Origin: Amoebophrya sp. A120
Taxonomy: Eukaryota > Protista > Dinoflagellata
Length of the DNA stretch: 64,000 nucleotides
Direction: 5' to 3'
Assembly (NCBI GenBank): GCA_905178155.1
Contig: CAJINV010000008.1
Coordinates: forward strand, 3,522,013-3,586,012
Part shown: piece by piece, positions 13,513 through 26,009 of the stretch
Layout: each line of letters begins with the position of its first letter
How positions within the stretch are numbered: the stretch's first letter is position 1
The notes under the pieces: model-generated
Databases searched by the model: none
What the model was told of the DNA's origin: nothing
Seen by the model: only the letters and a program-made list of their open reading frames with translations
Position numbers and translations under genes: made by a program

Positions 13513-15692
13513 CAGCAGGACGGCGACAATAAACGGAAAATCTATGATCTCCCTGAGTCGCAACTATCTGTATCAGAAGAACAAGTCCTCGCGTTCGAGC
13601 AACATGTTGCTGCTCGGCACGCACCTCTCCACGGTCGAGGAGGGCGACGTGTACTAAGAAAAATATTCTACGGGGCGGTTGGAACGAACGAACGAACAAC
13701 GGCGTTGGATCGCTTTCTGCAGGTAGATGCTACTAGCAGTCGACAAAGATCATGAACAACCCTTGCTCTGTTCCAATTTCCCCCAGCTACATTATACGAT
13801 TTTATTTTAAAAAGACGTTCAAGAACGGCGATAGCGATATCGAAGACGAGAAATAATACGTTCTGTTTCAGAAATATACCAGTGGCAGTGAAGAACTAAG
13901 TAGTAGAGTGAGTCAATTTTATGAAGAAGGCGATTTTATTTCCGAATCACGGAAACAGGAGCAGAGAGCTATTTTTCAAATGAAACTACCGAAAGAACAT
14001 CAAAGAGGTCCAGCTACCGAGATGCACAGCGAATCGTTTATAATTACGTCGTCAGTTTTTGAATTAAGAGAAGCGCTACAACAGTAGTACTATGGGGTAG
14101 AGTACAACAAGTATTTCTTCTCGGAGTGAAGAATGATATTTCTAAAAGTCGTGATAGTTTATTTGGTCACACTAGGAGAGCTCTAGAACCCTAGTAACTT
14201 ACTCTCCCAGCGGTCGCAAAAGATCGACGGGAAGAAGTTGGAGCGCTTCCTTCAGCCGCCTCGTTTCTTACGGCGTGCAATGATTGGCAAAAGAGTCTTG
14301 ATAGCTAGTGTGAAGAAAGGTTGACCGCTCTACAAGTTTAGGGAGTCGTTATTGATGGGATTTGCATTTATTACGCTTACGGTCGTGGTTTTGTATTTCA
14401 TCAGTAAAATACTGCAGGAAAAAAAGAAAAACTCTCTAGAAACTCCATCCACCGAAGGAACACAGCCCTCCGCCTTAGCCTGAGCCAAGGGTCGGGGAAG
14501 CTTGCCCTAATGTTTCCGAAAAGGTACAAGGAAAGGCTTTCTACTGACTCAATTTGACGGCGGGCGGAATAAACAACTAAGCCGTTTATCTATGGACGAA
14601 TTTTTCTAGTACAGTAGGCGTCACGCCGTCCACCTCGTCCTTAATGACGACGAGATGAAACAATGTTTCGCCCGTGACAATCTTCATCTCGGGCGAAACA
14701 AACAAGAGCCGCGGAAGAATAGTCCTTTGCCACCCCTGCCTGAGGAGGTCTTGGTCTTTGTCAGAGTAAGCGCTTGCTGCACTACTTGGGTATAGTCGTA
14801 TCAGGAGAGTGACCCTCAGATGGATATTAAATGGCGCCACCTCCGGCGCTGGATGTATTTACGTAGAGTTCCTCTCGTCTTATGGAAGGAACGAGAACTA
14901 CTTATATTGAGAGTCTAAAGTCCGCGAAAGAAAGCTGCTAATGGCTTTCCCCTTGTTCTTCAATTGGAGCAGCGATGCGGCTGCGCTCCTTGTAGGTCTT
15001 TAACTACGAGTGAACTGTTCATATGATACTTGCTGCCACCTGAGGCGAAACTGAACAAATGATACCAGCGAAAAATACTCCTTGTCAAATTTTTATGAAA
15101 CAACAGGAAAGACCAAGGGGGCACCAAAACCTTCTCCCTTCTTGTTCGCCGCACCGTGCTACGGTACATCCATGATTGGGTTCTTCTCTGCTTCGAGCAG
15201 GATTGATGTAGTCGGGCTGTAGTTCCTCGTCCAGTGCGAGGTTTTTATATTCAAGCTGCGGGGGTCCTCTCGTGATCCGAAATCAGAGATCTTTCTACGT
15301 CTACCATCTTCAAGATTTCGTGGTTGCTGAAGAGTGTGGACGATAGTGTGTCCTCTCCCCGAAAATATATGTCCACATCAACGAGTACGAGTTTTCCTTT
15401 TGACCGCGAGAGTGATGTCAAATTCTATACGAGACTTGTTTTATCTCCTTTCGTTTGCGAGCGTGTCAAATACTCCGACTCCGTTTTGCGTTGTGGGCAC
15501 GAGTTGGTTTTTTCAGTTCTGCCTCGCGTTTACGAAGTCATCATCTCAGGAAACAATTAGTACTTTTGACGTCGCAGCGGCAGCGGCAAAGGACGCGGCC
15601 TTCAAGAATACGAAGTGATTTTTATCTTTTCATTGAGCTATAGTTCCATTTCCTTGCTGCACCTTCTTGACCCATTCGGAAAATTTCCCAAG

Positions 15693-16874
15693 ATGGAGCC
15701 CGAAGAGGCTTGGGAGCTGTATGCGCAGCCGCAACCCCAGGGATTGCGACTACCTTCCGATACGGTAGAGGACCACCAACTCCAGCAAAAATGTAGCCGC
15801 GAAAAAAACGACCCAACGTCAAAGGTGAAAACGCTCTCTCTTGCGGACCTGTCGTGTGCCATGATCGCTATTTTCGGTTTCAAGTTCAAGAAATACGATC
15901 TGAAAATGAGCATCTGCCGCCACAACACTTGCGCACACGAGATTATAGGTGGAGCTGGTAGGAATAAAACTACGACTTCTACTCCTACTGGTTCTTGTTC
16001 TGTTGACGTGACACAGGGGGCACTACAGCCAGAATTAGGCGGCCTCTCAACAGCACATCACACGACGAGCTCGTTCTCAGCAAGTACTAGAAACAAGGCC
16101 TTGCTGCTACAGTTGCACCAGCAGCGAACGCCTGCTTTTACTACAGCCACGTCGTCCACCACCGCGGAAACAGGAGCTGCACTAGCGCAAGAATCCCAAC
16201 AAAGCACGGCCCCCGGTGGTACAACAACATCAAACAAGGTCAACATGATCTCTACGACGATTGATGATCCTCCTTCGGACGCCGAATTTTTCCTGTCCAG
16301 CAAGCAGGACTTCTTGAACCTGGTTCAGGAGCGGAAGCAGCTGCTGCAGAATTGCACGACTAGTGGGAGTAGGACCGCGTATCAGCAATTTTCGGCGCTG
16401 GACGTGCAACACTGCGGGCAGGTCCGTGTCAGTGATCTCATGACGGTGGAAATGGGAAGAACGGGGGGGAGTGGAGGGAGCAGGAGCACGAGGAATACCA
16501 GTAGTACATCAAGCTCTGGTCGAGGACCCTCCGCGCAACGGCCGCCTCTGCTGTCCGAGAAGTTGGCGAGCAAGATTGTGCGGGCGGTGAGTCGCAACAA
16601 GACCACGTCGTTGGACCACAACGAACTAACGGGACATCCAGAAGAGCCGTATTTCACCTACCAAGACTACGCGGCCTACGTGCAGGACCGGGCGACGACG
16701 ACGAGAGTGGGGGAAATGAAGAAAAGCACTGCTCAACGTCCTGTAGTGGTCTCTGTGCACGAAGACGACCGACGTCCTCCCAGGAGCGCTAGTAACCAGC
16801 GAGACACAAAGCACTCGTCTTGCACTCCAAAAAAACCCACCAGTCATTTTGTAGATCATATGGAGATCGAATAA
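15693..16874 (+). CDS. EFCAB11: EF-hand calcium-binding domain protein 11-like, with low-complexity insertions
   Basis: Blocks LSLADLSCAMIAIFGFKFKK, QDFLNLVQERK, YQQFSALDVQHCGQVRVSDL and FTYQDY match the order of EFCAB11 conserved blocks as I recall them; EF loops degenerate. Confidence 0.6.
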   Translation: MEPEEAWELYAQPQPQGLRLPSDTVEDHQLQQKCSREKNDPTSKVKTLSLADLSCAMIAIFGFKFKKYDLKMSICRHNTCAHEIIGGAGRNKTTTSTPTGSCSVDVTQGALQPELGGLSTAHHTTSSFSASTRNKALLLQLHQQRTPAFTTATSSTTAETGAALAQESQQSTAPGGTTTSNKVNMISTTIDDPPSDAEFFLSSKQDFLNLVQERKQLLQNCTTSGSRTAYQQFSALDVQHCGQVRVSDLMTVEMGRTGGSGGSRSTRNTSSTSSSGRGPSAQRPPLLSEKLASKIVRAVSRNKTTSLDHNELTGHPEEPYFTYQDYAAYVQDRATTTRVGEMKKSTAQRPVVVSVHEDDRRPPRSASNQRDTKHSSCTPKKPTSHFVDHMEIE

Positions 16875-17647
16875 CAAACTGTAGTGGATCATGTCGTGGA
16901 TGAAGCAACTACATGAAGACAAACATCAATCGAAGGGATTCATGAGTTCACAAGCATTTTTATTCTCACAGGGCGTTCTGTATTTCTGTGCTCGTCGAAG
17001 CCAAGTGTTTTGTTTGCTTTCTTTATGCTTATTGTTGTATTTTCTGATGAGAGAAGAACGAACTTGAAGTACTGTTATCCACTTTTAACAGCCGGGCACT
17101 GGTTCTGCAGGCAGCACCTTGTCCCTTGTAATTGCTTACCAAGGCCGCGGCCTTCTTGCTGTACAGAGAGTGAAAGGCCACGAGTCAGGTTTATTTTTGC
17201 ACTTGGATGAGTGCAAGTAGTAGAACTGCGAGGAGACTACCACCCCGGGACCTTTACTCCGAAACTATTTCCGAGGAGGCGAGAGTTATTGTGTAGCACT
17301 GACTTTGGGAGTCAAGAAAACAAAAGAGATACAGACGGGTCGTCAAATAGAAAAAAGTAGTGTAATATCCATTTCCTTGTGCTAGTGCTTTCGTTTATTC
17401 GTGTATCAAAAGTAAGGGAACAAGATGATGCGGATCTTCACCACCATGCGTCAGAAACACCTGCGCGGTCCAGATTGACTGCGGTAAAGGCTCGAACAAA
17501 GAGGAGTCTGGTTGCCGGGACCACGACACGGTAGAGGCGATAGAACGACAGAGACGCCGGCAACTATATTGGCTGTTCTGTACGCCGACATTTTTTCACG
17601 CTGCGCATCTTGTCGTTCTTGCAACTTGAGCAGCAAGAACATTCAAC

Positions 17648-20539
17648 ATGGCCGCTGCGCAGGACCCGATGAGCCTGCTGACCAGCAACCAGGCTGCGAC
17701 GGGGTCGGGACAGATCGAAATTCTTTTTGACGTGTCGAAAAAGGAGCTCGGCAACCCGCACAGCGTGTACAAGAAGCTGGTGCGCAAGCTGCGATCGGAC
17801 TACAAATGCGGACTGAACAAGGATCTGATCACGCTGGAACGGCTGAAAACCTGCGGCCTGGTGATCTTCGCGGGGCCCCGGGAAATGTTTTCAACGGAGG
17901 AGTTTGAGGCGATAAAAAAGTACATTGGCCCGGACCACAAGGGCTCGGTGCTGTTTCTACTTGCGGAGGGCGGCGAACAGAGGCTGCAGACCAACGTGAA
18001 CTACCTCCTGGAAGTATCGTCAGGAAAAGAACTCCCTCCACGTTATATTCAAAGGGGAAGTTGTAGCTGTGATGCGCGATTTGTACTAGACAAACAGAAG
18101 CAAGCCAAGAAGACGCTTGCTGCAGGGTTAATGCAAAGGAGAGGCATTCCCATTTGCGTACACAAGTAAGCAGCGCAAATTTTTCTTCTGGTGCGTTTTC
18201 AATATGGAGAGCGTGTATTTTTCCTCACAATAGGAGGAGTTCGGGATTATGTGCAACAGCGACTCGGTGATACGGACCACTTTTCGCAAGTACCACCACC
18301 CAAAGGAGGCGTTTGTCTGCAACGGGGTGCTGTCAAAAGATCTGCTCCGGATCGCAAAGGGGGCTGCAAAGGAACTGATGGACACCATACAAGCGGACGG
18401 GGGCGGGGGAGGTGCGGGGGCGAAAGGTACTTGTTGATCCGTGGTGCGCGCTGCAGGGGCAGAAGATGAACTGCAAGCCTGTTTTTCTGCTCGACTGGCG
18501 TTGTACTAACTTCTGCTCTGAACAAGATAATAGTTCGAAAATTGGTGGAGGACGAAGCTGTGGCACAACACGTACTGCACAGGTGTTGAACAGGAAAAAA
18601 ACCCATCAGGTGCCGTCAGCCGGTCCGCAGTCGACGACGCGCCGCAGCACGGAGCAAAGTCGCCTTTGGAGTTCGTCTATCCCTTCGGTGCCACGATGAA
18701 CGTTCAAAAACCCGCGGTGCCCGTGCTGTCCACAGGTGAGAAAGCAGAAGGAATTGTTGATGTAAACAACATTTTGTTCCGCCATTTCTTATGCTGCCAC
18801 GGTCACGGAGTCGGAGATCATGAGAGACATGCCTAGTTTTTCAATACAGTTACAGCACGAATCGACTTTCAGGACTTTCCAGCGCATGAAAAATAAAAGT
18901 GTGACAGAACTACACCTCGACTTTTTTCATCTCTATCAGGCCCCATCAGTTACCCACTGAACCGGCCGGTATGTGCGGTGCACGAAAATGCAAACGGCGG
19001 GAGGCTTTGCGTGCTGGGTTCCTGGAACATCTTCTCGGACGATTACTTGGATAAGGAGAACAACGCGAAAGTCTGCGAGCTGCTCATCAAGTGGCTCACC
19101 AGAATGAACGACTGCGACCTCAGCTACAAGTACTCGACGAAATACCTTTATAGATACAACTGTCGTGTGATGCTGATGTAGTAGTTCGTTGTTCACCCAA
19201 TGGTAATGTGTAGCGTTGAGAAGCGATTTTTTCAGTGGGGTATTTGTATTGGTATTGTTGGAAGTGTCGCTGCGCCTGCAAGGAGTTTCGAAAAAACTAC
19301 AACTTGGAGCATGATGCAATGGGGCAGAAAAAAGTATGAATCCAATGCACCAGGTATGGTGAGGAGCCGGACATATCGGAGTACCACTTCCTTCCGCACA
19401 CACAATTGCTAGCGGAATTATGGAGTTCTCAAATGTTACATTCTCAACTGTTACATGATTCGTCATGCAAAACCACCGCTATCATCTACACGATCAAGCT
19501 GCTCTGCGTGACAAATTCTGGAAGGGCCAAACAGGCTGACAATCTATGCCAAATCTGTCATGCAAGACGCGCAATGCCCCCCCTTTCACTTTTCCCATTC
19601 TTGCATTACAAATCCATGTGACAGTTAAGAATGTAACGTTTGAGAATACCATAGGAATCTTTGAAGTCCTGCCTCCAGGAAGGGAATGTCATACCACGCG
19701 ACTTCACAGAAATGTTTGACGACCGGCTCTTCAAATTTGACACCAGCCTGATACCAGAAGCAATAAGGTACTTTTGTCAATGTCTGTACTTAGTACAACC
19801 GAAGAAAATTATGGTTGTTTTATTCATTGGCTTTCGCTTACTGTCAACAAAAACTCACCTTCTTTACTGACTTTTAATTGATTACGACTCGCAAACCTAC
19901 TTCAACGCACGGAAACCCAAACTCAAATGCAAAACGAACCAAAACCTACCCTTTCGTCCAGGCTCTATCAGACGCTTGGCGTGAAGCATGAAGCATTGAC
20001 GTTAATTCCGCCCGAGTTTGAGACGCCGTTGCCGCAGCTACGGCCAGCGGTATTCCCACCCGTGCTCAAAGAACCACCAGGGCCCCCGCTCGATTTGTAC
20101 GACCTGGATGAGGAATTCGCGTCCGAGAAAACAAGACTCGCACAATTGACAAACAAGGTACTCACCTGGTCGTTTTTGTCATGCACTTGCAGATATGGCA
20201 ATGGTATGGCATGGAACGACTACGACTTTTGCTTTGCGTTTCCTCCGACACAGATAGTTTTGCGTTGTTTTTTTTGTCATTTGAAGTAAGTCAACCACAT
20301 AAAAATTCCAGTGCACGGATGAAGACCTGGACTACTACGTCATGCAAGCGGGTGAGATTCTTCAAGTGAGCGAGAAGCTTCCGGACAGGAGCGCAAAGCA
20401 CGTGCTGGAGCACGTGTTCTCACAGATTCTGAACTTCAAAAAGTTGAACCAGGGCCACATGATGCAAGACCCGGACAACAGCGGCATGCTGATGGGCCCG
20501 CCCCCGGGGAGCGGCGGCGGGCCGGGGGGCTTTCCTTAA
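17648..20539 (+). CDS. IFT52: Intraflagellar transport protein 52 (multi-exon)
   Basis: GIFT domain ILFDVSKKE...AGPREMFSTEEFEAIK...GGEQRLQTNVNYLLEEFGI...KYHHPKE; C-terminal LIPPEFETPLPQLRPAVFPP...LDLYDLDEEFASEKTRLAQLTNKC. Five GT-AG introns plus two IEs. Confidence 0.93.
18015..18232. mobile_element. Introner element (degenerate; also readable as a GT-AG intron)
   Basis: TATCGTCAGGAAAA...TTTTCCTCACAATA; DR ggaag/ggagg. Confidence 0.7.
19419..19653. mobile_element. Introner element, family E
   Basis: TATGGAGTTCTCAAATGTTACATTC...GAATGTAACGTTTGAGAATACCATA; perfect DR ggaat. Confidence 0.92.
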
Positions 20540-21508
20540 CACGTCCAGTGATGCAATATACAAATGAATCGTCCGCTGTCGTTTTTGGGATGCCGTGTTG
20601 CTCACTTTATCATTTGACAATTTGTAATTATGCCGTGCAAAAATCTTCACGATTTGGTCTTACTTAATCAATCTTAAGCATGCAGCACTGAAAGCCTAAT
20701 TGCTTGGCTCAGCCTGCTGCTCGCAACGGTCTTATTCTGTGGGAAATCTGCTTAGTACTTCAGGTGGTTAGTGGTCAAAAAAAAAAGACGTCAGGTCTTT
20801 CCGTCTCCTGTCGATGATTTTGGGCTACCTCCTCTACTTTCCGCTATCATTTGCCAGTCAAAATGGCTAAAAGCATGAAATTTGCAGGAGCTCGCACATG
20901 CTTCTTGCTGTAGCGCGCTAGTAGTTGTACGGTTTTTCTTGAAGAGTCCGAGCTTCAGGATATGGAAAAACTGACGAGGAAGGTTTCCAGTTTTTGGTGC
21001 GACTACGAAAAAGACCACAGTTCCGTCAGAGTAAAGTAATATTCAACTCGAGTAAGAAAATACACGGAAAGAGTAAAAGGACGCTCTTTGAATGGAGCGA
21101 AAATATTAACTGGTTTGCTGAACAAGAACACATATGATGTTGTTCTCCTTTCATCTACGAGTTGTTCGTGCAGGGCGAGGCGCACATGTTCATCATGTAG
21201 CAGTAGCACATGCCAGGACGAATTTCAAATCGTTCGTGAGCGAGCATAATTGCGTGAAAAACGTACATTGTCGTCGTCTCGTAAAGGAGAGTGAAGAAAA
21301 TACGCCTATGCCTGGTACGCCTTGACGAAGAAGTTCTATTCACGATATTTATAATGCAAGAACCTGTTGTATATGTATACTGAACTTTTTGGAACGGCGA
21401 CGTTTTTTTTCGGATTCATGAGTAGGATAAGGTCGTGTACGACCACCTTCCCGAGCCAGACTCTAAGATCATCTCTGCACGAGTCCTCAGCCCTTCTGCT
21501 TGCTCAAA

Positions 21509-22921
21509 ATGGGTTTTCTGCAGCAGCTCCTGGCGCCGCACCATCTTCCGGAGCAATTCGATTGTTTCTCGCACACCGGAGTAGGGGACATGGTGTCTCT
21601 TCCGGCTCCTCGAGCATCTGCTGTCTTCTCGTCAGCACAGCATGCTTTGACGACGGCCCATCCGTTTTCGCAAGCGCGACCAGGAACTACGTTGGGACCA
21701 CGAAACGCCACGGGCGGGTCAATGTCATCAGCGTCGTCGACGTCAACAAGTTTTTTGCACACAAGAAATGCAATTAATGATGCAAGTATCTCTGCAGCTT
21801 ACAACGTGTCGCGCGGGCTGCAGGAGGACGTCGACCCAGCAGTGCCGACACTACAACTAGGCGGCTCTCGCCGTGCGGAAACTACGATGGCAGGGAGAGC
21901 CAGTTCGTTTTATGCGCACCACAAGGCACCGGCAACTTTGCCAGCCTCCCCGGATGATAACATTTGGAACGCGGCGTCAGAGTTGCAGTACACGTACGGC
22001 TATCGGGAAATCAAGAAACGGGTATAAGAAATAGAGACTTTCATATGGATCAAAAGTGCATAAGCATATCAATGTAAGTTTCATGTGTTGATGGCAGCAC
22101 ATTCACAAGAACATGATCAAAAAATCTTCACCAGATAAACGCCGTTGCTTCCTACGCCGCGATGGGCTGTCTCGGGGCCTTGGGAATCGGCTACATCACC
22201 ACAAACCTGCTCCAACAAGAAGCACCGCGGCAGAAACGCAAGCGAGCGGACTTCTGATCTCCTGGTCGATGGCCAGATTGCGTGTGCGGGGTGGACGCGA
22301 AGTAGCCCTTGCAAAAGATCATGACAGTGTGCTTCATTTTCATCAATCTGCAGAACTGGTTTACTTTTGCGCATGTTTAATATTGTGTCGACGACCACGA
22401 CGTAGGCACTGTCTGTAGCCGCACAATGTTAATGTTCACTTTCCTTTTCGCTCCTGGCTTCTGCTTCTGTTTCGGGGAAGATCAGCACGCGGAGGACACA
22501 TCTAAAGACACACTCACCAAATGGCACTAAGTACTACCGCTCGCTGCTGGTGTATCGCAAGAAAAAAGTGTTACAGTTACACATTGTCATGCAAGACTGG
22601 CAACAGAGACAACCTTTCTCATGCAGGAAATGCTTCGAAGCTTCGTTTCCTTCCTGTTTTCCCTTAATATGATCTTCGCATTACAAGTTTTCTCTGCCAC
22701 ACAGAGAAAATTTGTGATGCAGAAACTCCAACAAATGTGTAACTGTAACACTTTTTTCTCGTGATATGGTGAGAAGCAGCCGGAGCCGCTTCCTTAGAAC
22801 CAGGCAGAACTGCTATTCCAAACCTAAAGATCAAATTTTGGGAATTTCTAGAGACTATTTTACTCACAAGAACTTAATTGTTGATATGCAACAACTTGCT
22901 ACGAGTACGACCACGTTGTAA
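21509..22921 (+). CDS. Hypothetical protein with basic C-terminus
   Basis: ORF 21509-22021, GT-AG intron 22022-22480 and IE 22553-22766 give ...YGYREIKKRISTRRTHLKTHSPNGTKYYRSLLVRSSRSRFL...; start and end uncertain. Confidence 0.45.
22553..22766. mobile_element. Introner element, family F
   Basis: TATCGCAAGAAAAAAGTGTTACAGTTACACATT...AATGTGTAACTGTAACACTTTTTTCTCGTGATA; perfect DR tggtg. Confidence 0.92.
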
Positions 22922-23539
22922 CGATGAAGGATTTTTCTTGCTGCAAAGCAGTTTTTGGATTGTTTCTCCTGAGCTAATTTTGAAATTTCACTCTCGTTTG
23001 TTTCCGTTTCTCGCTCGAGTTCTTCTTGATTCGCAATGAAAAACGAAAAGGAACAGGCTTTAGCTTTGAAGACAGTTTCAACCCGCTGTGTCGCTTGTAA
23101 GTGCAAATAAAATGGAAGCACTGCGCAATAGATTAATATCAGCAGCCACCGGGCTGATGCTGCTCCGTCCCTGCGACGAATCTTTTTGTACACAGTCGCT
23201 TTTGTATGATTTAGATGTTCATCCGGAATGAAGCGGCCATTCCCGGCACGCCTTATGCAAGTAGCACAAGTCGGTGCGGCTCTGTACAAGAGGCACCGCC
23301 ACCACCACATAATTTCCACCTATTTCGTTGTCTAAACTCATTGTCGTGAAAGTCGCTCTCTTCCAAGGCCACGGTCATGAATCCGATATTTGCATGATGA
23401 GAATTTCCATACGCGACCGAACCCTTCTCGTGATCGAAAGTTCAAGGAGATCTTTTCACGGTTCGCAAATCAAAATCTTTTTCAACACTGTTGTCCTATA
23501 GGTTCTCGTAGAAGAAAGATTTCACCCTCTACCGCAACC

Positions 23540-24775
23540 ATGCGCCGTCGCAAACCGAATGCAGATTTTTCATTACCGTCTGTGATGACACATAATATCG
23601 TGTCTTTTTCTTTACAGGGATCATGCACGTTCTTGAGAAGTATCGTTCTTGTCGCGTTTTTGCTCCTTTGGCAGCCAGTTGAAGAAATTTGCGCGGTCAG
23701 AACTGCCGCCGCATCCACTTCCGCGCTGCTTTCGGTGGCAAAGACAAAATCCGAACGACTTGCCGATGAGCGACGTGCGCGAACAAGAGTAGCTGTAACA
23801 CTGGACGACACCAAGGTGAAGCAGCAGCAGCGGCAAAAAGTAGACCAGCAGCAAGAGGAAAATGAAAGCACCCGAACAAAGCAGACGCCCCGTGGGTTCA
23901 CCGCCTGCCAAAACTTTCTCCGCAACCGCAAGGCGCAGCTGATCAGCGGCCCCGATCTCGTGCGGGTTGTGGAGTCGATGTGCCAGCCGGCTGTGTATCG
24001 AAAGGAAAAATCCCCCCTCCCCATATCAAAACGGAATTTCTCATGCTGGATTTGTGTACACAAATCAGCTTTGTATTGCAGAGAGGCATTGTGCCCAGAT
24101 CCCCAGGCTAGGGAGGGGCGTATGGGTCTAGTTGTTCAGCATGGAAAACCCTTTAGTCCCCAGGCTAGGGAGGGGCTTCCCTTTAGTCCCAACAGCATGA
24201 GAAATCGCTTCCGTAATATGCCGGAAGCTTCTACCCTTGTCTTCTTGCAAGACAAATGCGATTTGTGACCTCAAATCAACAACACAAATTTTCAATATGG
24301 GGAGGAGGGATTTTTCCTTACGATACTGTCACGAACGGGAACAGCTCCTACCGCTACCGGAAGGCCTTATCAAATGTAAAAATGTCTGGGTCTGGAAGAA
24401 TCCGAACTTGTGATGCTACATTTGGATTCCAAAAAAATCTGGCTTGCATAAGCAGCAAAGGGAATGCAATTTTGGCTACGCGGAGAGGGCATTTGCCATG
24501 CGGAATAGGCATCACAGAGCCCTCGAAAAGTCTGTGATGCTAGGGCATGCATCACAGACATCATGGCCCATGCAAAACGTGCATGACAAGTCTCAGAATC
24601 TTCCAGACCCAGACATTTTTACATTTGATAGGCCTGCAAGGAAATGCAAGCCGTCACACTGGAAAAGTACGGCCACGAGGTGGATTGGGACCCGGCCGCC
24701 CTGTGCCACGATCTGATGACGCGGTTTCATCAGTACTCGCCCTCGAACGCACAGAACTTCAACATGGATGGGTGA
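23540..24775 (+). CDS. Putative secreted protein with a Cys-containing C-terminal domain
   Basis: Hydrophobic stretch IVLVAFLLLW. Removing two IEs gives GFTACQNF...ESMCQPAVTNGNSSYRYRKACKEM...AALCHDLMTRF...MDG*. Confidence 0.6.
23996..24325. mobile_element. Introner element, family D
   Basis: TATCGAAAGGAAAAATCCCCCTCCCCATAT...ATATGGGGAGGAGGGATTTTTCCTTACGATA; DR ctgtg/ctgtc. Confidence 0.9.
24368..24630. mobile_element. Introner element, family A
   Basis: TATCAAATGTAAAAATGTCTGGGTCTGGAAGA perfect TIR; perfect DR ggcct. Confidence 0.93.
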
Positions 24776-26009
24776 ACCGCTTGTCTCAGAAGACAAATTA
24801 AACTACTGGAGGGCGTCCACTGATGCGATTGTAAAAGTCGTGCATGGCACTCAAAAATGAGGCGATCCCATAATTCTTCCTCGGTTTGGATGTGAAACGA
24901 AGGATCGACGTGATGTTGGCAAATGATCACTACACTCAGACTTGAAACAAGAGTTCATAATCAGGAATAAACATTTGATGCCACCAGCTCTTTCTTTTTT
25001 CCGCAAAGACAAACAAATATAGTAGTTTCCAAACGGCGAATAGAAGTACGTAGCCATGGCATCGATCTTCATCAATCGTGTTGGCTTCAAGTACACCCCT
25101 GCATGAACGGCACCGGGCCGACTTACTTCGAAGACTTCCTGTCACCAACCGTGACAGTGTAATTAGTGTGGCGCATATTTAGTGTTTCATTCTCATTTCC
25201 TATCCTCAGTAGCATTGACGATCAAGAGGTTGTATACATAGGCACAAAGTGGTAGTCCTCCTCTGCTTTCAAATACAAAGCGCAGTGCTTGTTGATGCAA
25301 AAAAAGCTCGGCAAAACCGACAAAAAAGTAGTTATCGCCGCCCGACGGGCTTTTTTTATGTATACTGCAACTGCTCCTTTGGCACACGTATTAACGAAAT
25401 CTTGAGCTTAGATCAAGGCCACAGAGAACCGTCGCAAGAAAATCTATCATGAAAGAAGATCTCATTGCAGAAAGATCTTGATACGTGTAAAAAAGCTGAG
25501 TGAGAAGTGTTGTCCTCGAAAATATAATGGATGCAGAGGTTATGGATACAAAATTAGTTTCTAGAATGAAAAAATTGGCACTGCAACCCCTTTACGTTCT
25601 TCTGGATAGGGGTTCTCTTCAGATCGCCATCGTACTTCAACATACACTAAGATTTGTTGAGTGCCCTCACTTGCTCAAGGTAGACCAACAAGGTAGGGGT
25701 GCATTTATTGCGTTATCGATCTTCCATGTAGTAAGTTATCTCATCGATGTAAATCGAAAATGCAAATGAAGGTCTCCTGTAAGTGGTTGAATCTGCTTCT
25801 GTTGTGATAGGTAAACAGGGGTGGAACCGGAAGCGATTCGAGCGGTTATCTATACTTGGAGTGGTTCTTCATTCTGCTGCTCATTTGCGCTACCCATGCC
25901 TCATGTACGTTTCGTATCAATTAGTTGTTCACAGTTGTATAATTTACTACTAGCTATCGGGTCCTAGCACGACTCTACTTTTTCTCTCCTGGCTCTGCTC
26001 TCGTCTGTT

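Noticed and set aside
14430-15560. Minus-strand coding-like fragments, possibly a retroelement remnant
   Set aside because: Multiple stops, with no recognisable RT/RNase H/integrase motif or termini.
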